Of a stretch of DNA of 64,000 nucleotides, positions 59,239 to 64,000 are shown in pieces. The stretch spans positions 288,001 through 352,000 of the forward strand of contig CBDCWC010000003.1 of the NCBI GenBank assembly GCA_965223295.1. Direction: 5' to 3'. The stretch comes from Nitrospirales bacterium (GTDB lineage Bacteria > Nitrospirota > Nitrospiria > Nitrospirales > UBA8639). The notes beneath the pieces are model-generated. The model was not told the DNA's origin. It saw only the letters and a list, made by a program, of their open reading frames with translations, and searched no databases. A program made the translations under genes and the position numbers. How positions within the stretch are numbered: the first letter of the stretch is position 1; every line of letters begins with the position of its first letter.

Positions 59239-60591
59239 TTAATGGATACATGATTTCACCACATTGGCTAAATCTTCGGCAATCTCTTGAATAACGGTAG
59301 CATCTTGCCCTTCCACCATGACCCGTAGCAGAGGTTCTGTTCCTGAATACCGCACTAGAACACGCCCCGTACCATTGAGCTGCTGTTCTTTATCCTGAAT
59401 CACTTGTTGGAGGACGGGCAAGGACTCTAAAGCTGGTTTATGGGGCACTTTGACCCCCAGCAAGACTTGTGGGCTGGCCTGCATACATTGAGCAATTTCC
59501 GATAGAGGTTTCTGTGCACGTGTCATGAGCTTCAGCATTTGTAGTCCAGTAATCAGACCATCCCCGCTGGTATGATAATCCATGAAAATCATGTGGCCGG
59601 ATTGCTCCCCACCTAAATTATACTCATCAGCCACCATACGCTCTAAGATATACCGATCCCCTACAGCCGTGCGAACCAATGTAATCCCGGCTTCCCGCAT
59701 ACACATGTCAAAGCCAAAGTTGCTCATGACCGTTCCTACGACCGTGTCTTTCTTGAGCCGCCCTAACCGCTTGAGATCCAAGGCAAACGCGGCTAAGGCA
59801 TGATCCCCATCCACCACTTGTCCTTTTTCACACACAAACATGGCTCGATCAGCATCACCATCCAATGCGATGCCAATATCGGCTTTTCGGTCCCGCACCA
59901 TTTGTTGGAGCCGTTCTGGATGCACCGCCCCACATCCATCGTTAATGTTCAGCCCATCCGGTTCGTTCCCTGTTACCCAAACCTTTGCACCGAGTTCACG
60001 GATAACTTTGGGAAACACGTGATATCCAGCGCCATTCGCACAGTCCAAGACTACTCTTAACTGTTGAAAATCCATTTCCCGTGGCAAGGAACGTTTGACA
60101 AACTCAATATACCGGCCTTCTGCATCATCAATACGAAACGCTTTGCCAATCGCATCGGCTGTCGGGCGAATATGATCAATTTCATGGGAGAGAATAAGGT
60201 CTTCGATACGCTTCTCCACGTCATCAGGCAATTTCATGCCATTATTTGAAAAAAACTTAATGCCATTATCCTGATAAGGATTGTGGGAGGCGGAAATCAT
60301 GACTCCGGCATCCGCTCGAAGACTTTTGGCTAAAAAAGCAATGGCCGGTGTCGGCAACGGACCAACAAGGAGGACATCGACTCCCATGGAACAGAGACCT
60401 GCCGTTAATGCCGATTCCAGCATGTACCCGGATATGCGAGTATCTTTGCCAATAATAATTTGATGACGGCCTTCTTCCCGCTTTCGGAAGACATGTGCAG
60501 CGGCTCGACCGACTTTCATCGCCATTTCACTGGTCATCGGATCCTGGTTTGCTACACCCCGGACCCCATCTGTCCCAAATAGTCGTCCCAT
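59239..60591 (-). CDS. glmM: Phosphoglucosamine mutase
   Basis: FGTDGVRG, ISASHNP, DGDADR, GGEQSGH, RYSGTEP. Confidence 0.96.
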   Translation of the reverse strand: MGRLFGTDGVRGVANQDPMTSEMAMKVGRAAAHVFRKREEGRHQIIIGKDTRISGYMLESALTAGLCSMGVDVLLVGPLPTPAIAFLAKSLRADAGVMISASHNPYQDNGIKFFSNNGMKLPDDVEKRIEDLILSHEIDHIRPTADAIGKAFRIDDAEGRYIEFVKRSLPREMDFQQLRVVLDCANGAGYHVFPKVIRELGAKVWVTGNEPDGLNINDGCGAVHPERLQQMVRDRKADIGIALDGDADRAMFVCEKGQVVDGDHALAAFALDLKRLGRLKKDTVVGTVMSNFGFDMCMREAGITLVRTAVGDRYILERMVADEYNLGGEQSGHMIFMDYHTSGDGLITGLQMLKLMTRAQKPLSEIAQCMQASPQVLLGVKVPHKPALESLPVLQQVIQDKEQQLNGTGRVLVRYSGTEPLLRVMVEGQDATVIQEIAEDLANVVKSCIH

Positions 60592-60633
60592 ATTGTTCTT
60601 CTTTCTATATTGGATAGAAAAAGAGCGTTACTA

Positions 60634-61494
60634 TTACTTTTCGCACGAATTTCGCAAAGCTTGAGCCACGAGAGTCACATCCTTCATCGCGGCCACATCA
60701 TGAACCCTCAAAATATGAGCACCCTGCCAAACAGCCATGGCTGTTGCGGAAGCATTGGCCATTTCCCGTTCAACCACAGGTTTTCCCGTCAATTCTCCAA
60801 GAAAGCCCTTCCGGGAAAAACCAATCATAAGTGGCTGTTCTAATTCAAGAAAATCCCCAAGATTCGCTAAAATCTTAAGATTATGAGAACAGGTTTTTCC
60901 AAACCCAATACCTGGATCGACGATAATATGATCAAGTGGAATCCCGTGTGATTGAGCCCTAGCTACCTGCTTGGCTAAAAAACTTTTGACCTCATCTACA
61001 ACGTCCTCATAATAAGGAGAATTCTGCATGGTGACACTATGACCTTGCCGATGCATAAGCACGACGGCCGCGCCAGCGTCTCGAACAACCTGCGGCATAC
61101 AAGAATCATCTTGCAACGCGCTCACATCATTCACAATGGAGGCCCCACAATCCACGGCCATCTGAGCGACAGCCGCCTTTCGTGTATCAATAGAGAGAAC
61201 AGCTTTCGTCTGTTTTCCTAACGCCTTCATGATAGGACCAATTCGCCGTAGTTCTTCTTTTTCATCGACATATAAGGACCCAGGTTTTGTGGATTCTCCT
61301 CCAATATCAATAATATCTGCGCCCTCATCGATCATTTTCTGAGCCTGATCGACTGCATCGACTGGATCAATATACCGGTTTCCATCAGAAAATGAATCTG
61401 GGGTCACATTCAGAATTCCCATCATGAGAACATGGGAGTCCAAAGGAAGAGTTCTTTCGCAGCAACGAATTTCAGGGAAAGCTAATGCTGTCAT
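60634..61494 (-). CDS. folP: Dihydropteroate synthase
   Basis: MGILNVTPDSFSDG, IDIGGEST, DPGIGFGK, SRK, RVHDV. Confidence 0.96.
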   Translation of the reverse strand: MTALAFPEIRCCERTLPLDSHVLMMGILNVTPDSFSDGNRYIDPVDAVDQAQKMIDEGADIIDIGGESTKPGSLYVDEKEELRRIGPIMKALGKQTKAVLSIDTRKAAVAQMAVDCGASIVNDVSALQDDSCMPQVVRDAGAAVVLMHRQGHSVTMQNSPYYEDVVDEVKSFLAKQVARAQSHGIPLDHIIVDPGIGFGKTCSHNLKILANLGDFLELEQPLMIGFSRKGFLGELTGKPVVEREMANASATAMAVWQGAHILRVHDVAAMKDVTLVAQALRNSCEK

Positions 61495-61505
61495 TTTCGC
61501 CCTTT

Positions 61506-61762
61506 GGAGTGTTGAACAATGAAGATATCAAAGGCCATATTTCACCACGGAGCCCTTCGTGATCAACAATCTCGGGTCTGTTCAAAAAAGTCCGTCCAGC
61601 AAGGCCACAGCCATTTTTGCGCGCGGAGCGTCCTGGCATGACGTGAGCACAGGAAAATGGCGACCCGCCTGTGCGAAGCCGCTTTCAGCCTTCGTAGTCA
61701 CTACGGCGAAGTAGGCCCGGAGAAGGCAGGGAACGCCGCTGGCGGCTTTTTTCAACAGATCC
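61506..61762 (+). mobile_element. MITE family A copy 5 (190 bp + 67-bp insert)
   Basis: Ends GGAGTGTTGAA / TTCAACAGATCC; CCTTT duplicated at 61501-61505 and 61763-61767. Confidence 0.85.
61664..61730. repeat. REP-like palindromic insertion inside MITE copy 5
   Basis: CCCGCCT...AGGCAGG inserted in TGGCGA^GAACGCC, which is uninterrupted in the other four copies. Confidence 0.75.
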
Positions 61763-61906
61763 CCTTTTGGAGTTGACCAATTCTTGCCACTATTGTTTTG
61801 AAAGCCTAAAGATTCCTAACGTTTTGGTCAACGACAGAGGTACGGAAGAAGAGCCGCCCAAGAATACACGGGAATGTTGTTGGGGGAAGAACTTGAAAAA
61901 AACTGA

Positions 61907-63724
61907 TCAGACGGCAGCAATTTGTTCCAGCGAAGAAGTCTGCTGAACAATTTGATCAATTTCTACACCGTCTAAGACTTCTTTCTCTAACAAGGCTTCG
62001 GCCAGAGCCCGGAGGGTATGGATATGTTCTGTCAGCATTCGCGTGGTTCGCTCGTATGATTCAACGACAAGCCGTTTGACTTCTTTATCGATCTCCAAGG
62101 CCACTTGATCACTAAAGTCCCGTTTGGCCCCAAAGTCACGCCCTAAAAACACTTCTTCATCCTTTTTCCCAAAGGTCAATGGACCTAACTTTTCACTCAT
62201 ACCCCATTCACAAACCATTTTTCTGGCTAGATCCGTAGCTCGTTCAATGTCATTACCAGCGCCGGTCGTGACACTTTTGAAAATTAACTCTTCAGCAACG
62301 CGACCCCCGAAAAGAATCGAGAGAGTATTGTACAGAAACTCTTTTGAATAACTATGCCGGTCATCGATAGGTAATTGCATCGTCATACCCAAGGCCCGTC
62401 CACGAGGAATAATCGTGACCTTATGGACAGGGTCCGTTCCGGGAAGCAATTTAGCCATGAGAGCATGCCCCGCCTCATGAAATGCGGTCGTACGCTTCTC
62501 TTCTTCACTCAACACCATACTCTTACGTTCAACTCCCATGAGAACTTTATCTTTGGCATTTTCAAAATCAATCTGATCCACTGATTTTTTATCAAGTCGT
62601 GCCGCCCACAATGCGGCCTCATTGACCAGATTTTCTAAGTCGGCTCCAGAAAACCCAGGAGTCCCTCTAGCAATTTTCTCCATATCTACATCTGGGGAAA
62701 TAGGCACTTTTTTGGTATGCACATTTAAAATTTCAGCACGTCCACGAACATCAGGACGATTCACTACGACCTGGCGGTCAAAACGGCCAGGTCTTAGCAA
62801 CGCAGGGTCCAGCACGTCAGGCCGATTCGTGGCGGCAATCAAAATCACCCCTTCAGTGGTATCAAAACCATCCATTTCAACCAACAACTGGTTCAGCGTT
62901 TGTTCACGTTCATCATGTCCACCACCAAGCCCAGCCCCTCGTAACCGTCCAACCGCATCAATTTCATCGATGAAAATAATACAAGGAGCATGTTTTTTCC
63001 CTTGTTCAAACAAATCACGAACACGAGACGCCCCAACCCCCACGAACATCTCGACAAAATCAGAACCACTGATACTAAAGAAGGGAACACCCGCCTCTCC
63101 GGCAATGGCTTTTGCGAGAAGCGTTTTACCCGTTCCTGGAGGGCCAACAATTAAGACACCCTTAGGAATTCGGCCACCGAGTTTTTGAAATTTTTGAGGA
63201 TCCTTAAGAAACTCAATGATTTCAACCACTTCACCCTTGGCTTCATCGACCCCTGCCACATCAGCAAATGTCACCTTTTTCTTTTCCTCGGTTAACATCC
63301 TGGCTCGGCTTTTTCCAAATGAAAGCGCTCGATTGCCTCCCACTTGCATTTGGCGCATGAGGAAAAACCACAGGCCTAAAAACAGGATAAAGGGTCCCCA
63401 AGAAACCAAAAAGGTGATATACCACGGATTATCTTCTGGCGGTTTGGCTTCGATTTGTACAGATTTTTCGCGTAAGACTTTGACAAGGTCGGGATATTCA
63501 ACGGAATAGGTGTGAATTCGAGTACCATCCCGCAATATTGCACTGATATTATTATGTTTAATAATAACTTTTTCCACATCCCCCCGCTCTAGATGGGCCA
63601 TAAATTCACTAAAGATGACTGGATCTTCAGGATGTTGATTGGGTACCGTAAACAAATTGAACAACAGGATCATAAATAGGCAAACGAATACCCAAAATAA
63701 GAGATTTTTCACCCGAGAATTCAT
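61907..63724 (-). CDS. ftsH: ATP-dependent zinc metalloprotease FtsH
   Basis: Two TMs, [25 protein letters not shown]. Confidence 0.97.
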   Translation of the reverse strand: MNSRVKNLLFWVFVCLFMILLFNLFTVPNQHPEDPVIFSEFMAHLERGDVEKVIIKHNNISAILRDGTRIHTYSVEYPDLVKVLREKSVQIEAKPPEDNPWYITFLVSWGPFILFLGLWFFLMRQMQVGGNRALSFGKSRARMLTEEKKKVTFADVAGVDEAKGEVVEIIEFLKDPQKFQKLGGRIPKGVLIVGPPGTGKTLLAKAIAGEAGVPFFSISGSDFVEMFVGVGASRVRDLFEQGKKHAPCIIFIDEIDAVGRLRGAGLGGGHDEREQTLNQLLVEMDGFDTTEGVILIAATNRPDVLDPALLRPGRFDRQVVVNRPDVRGRAEILNVHTKKVPISPDVDMEKIARGTPGFSGADLENLVNEAALWAARLDKKSVDQIDFENAKDKVLMGVERKSMVLSEEEKRTTAFHEAGHALMAKLLPGTDPVHKVTIIPRGRALGMTMQLPIDDRHSYSKEFLYNTLSILFGGRVAEELIFKSVTTGAGNDIERATDLARKMVCEWGMSEKLGPLTFGKKDEEVFLGRDFGAKRDFSDQVALEIDKEVKRLVVESYERTTRMLTEHIHTLRALAEALLEKEVLDGVEIDQIVQQTSSLEQIAAV

Positions 63725-63840
63725 ATCCAGAACAGCTCCCCTATCAATTCGTTCCTGTCAATGCGGAAGGTAAGGACAAGCCCTTACGACAACCAACTGA
63801 TTGTACCATGCATTTTTGAGAACTGACAACTATAGACATT

Positions 63841-63999
63841 CTAGGATTCCATGGGAACACCCTCAAAACCCATAGTGGCCAAGTAAGGAAGATTTCGATA
63901 TTTTTGCTTAAAGTCTAAACCGTAACCCACAACATAGGTTGACGGTACTTCAAAACCCACATATCGTGGATGAAAATGAATTTCTCGATTAGCTGGTTT
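63841..63999 (-). CDS. hpt: Hypoxanthine phosphoribosyltransferase, 3' fragment (window edge)
   Basis: Hand translation KPANRE...YVGFEVPSTYVVGYGLDFKQKYRNLPY...*; usual position upstream of ftsH. Confidence 0.88.
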   Translation of the reverse strand, partial: KPANREIHFHPRYVGFEVPSTYVVGYGLDFKQKYRNLPYLATMGFEGVPMES

Positions 64000-64000
64000 A

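Noticed and set aside
16804-61762. Repeats as CRISPR array or integron attC sites
   Set aside because: Dispersed, ~190 bp long, with TIRs and TSDs; no spacers, cas genes, integrase or cassette arrangement
62622-63188. 188-aa plus-strand ORF, and similar ORFs opposite addA, accC and rpoD
   Set aside because: Antisense shadows of conserved genes with no recognisable motifs
59239-63999. hpt-ftsH-folP-glmM and aroQ-efp-accB-accC gene orders as novel
   Set aside because: Widely conserved housekeeping arrangements

Overview
Bacterial chromosomal segment, probably Nitrospirota/Nitrospirales (inferred from gene repertoire and the intergenic repeat family; not verified). The first ~7.7 kb is a visibly AT-richer polysaccharide-export locus ending near the 3' end of a tRNA-Leu(TAA). 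It encodes a short Wza/OPX lipoprotein, an unusual chimera of a Wzc-type coiled coil with a Wza-type Poly_export domain, a PCP co-polymerase, an ExeA-like ATPase with LysM, a BY-kinase lacking the Walker A lysine, and an outer-membrane beta-barrel. The rest is mostly housekeeping and signalling: Pal-like lipoprotein, sugar epimerase, ClpS-like adaptor, TPR proteins, fabG-like/bioD, thiE-accC-accB-efp-aroQ, DUF2779 nuclease, hemW, Hsp20, ptrB, arfB, two divergent RpoD-like sigma factors bracketing a two-component system, REC-GGDEF-EAL, a hybrid kinase, a flavoprotein-disulfide-reductase/DedA/DUF3047 cluster, and a minus-strand run hpt-ftsH-folP-glmM-comEC-trx-(unannotated 56-aa zinc ribbon)-addB-addA. 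Reading the DNA reveals five copies of a ~190-bp MITE, each with a 5-bp target-site duplication, two copies of a second MITE family sharing a structured core, nested palindromic insertions, and a recurring sigma28-like promoter motif. No CRISPR array, rRNA, integrase or transposase was seen. Product calls rest on motif recognition by eye.
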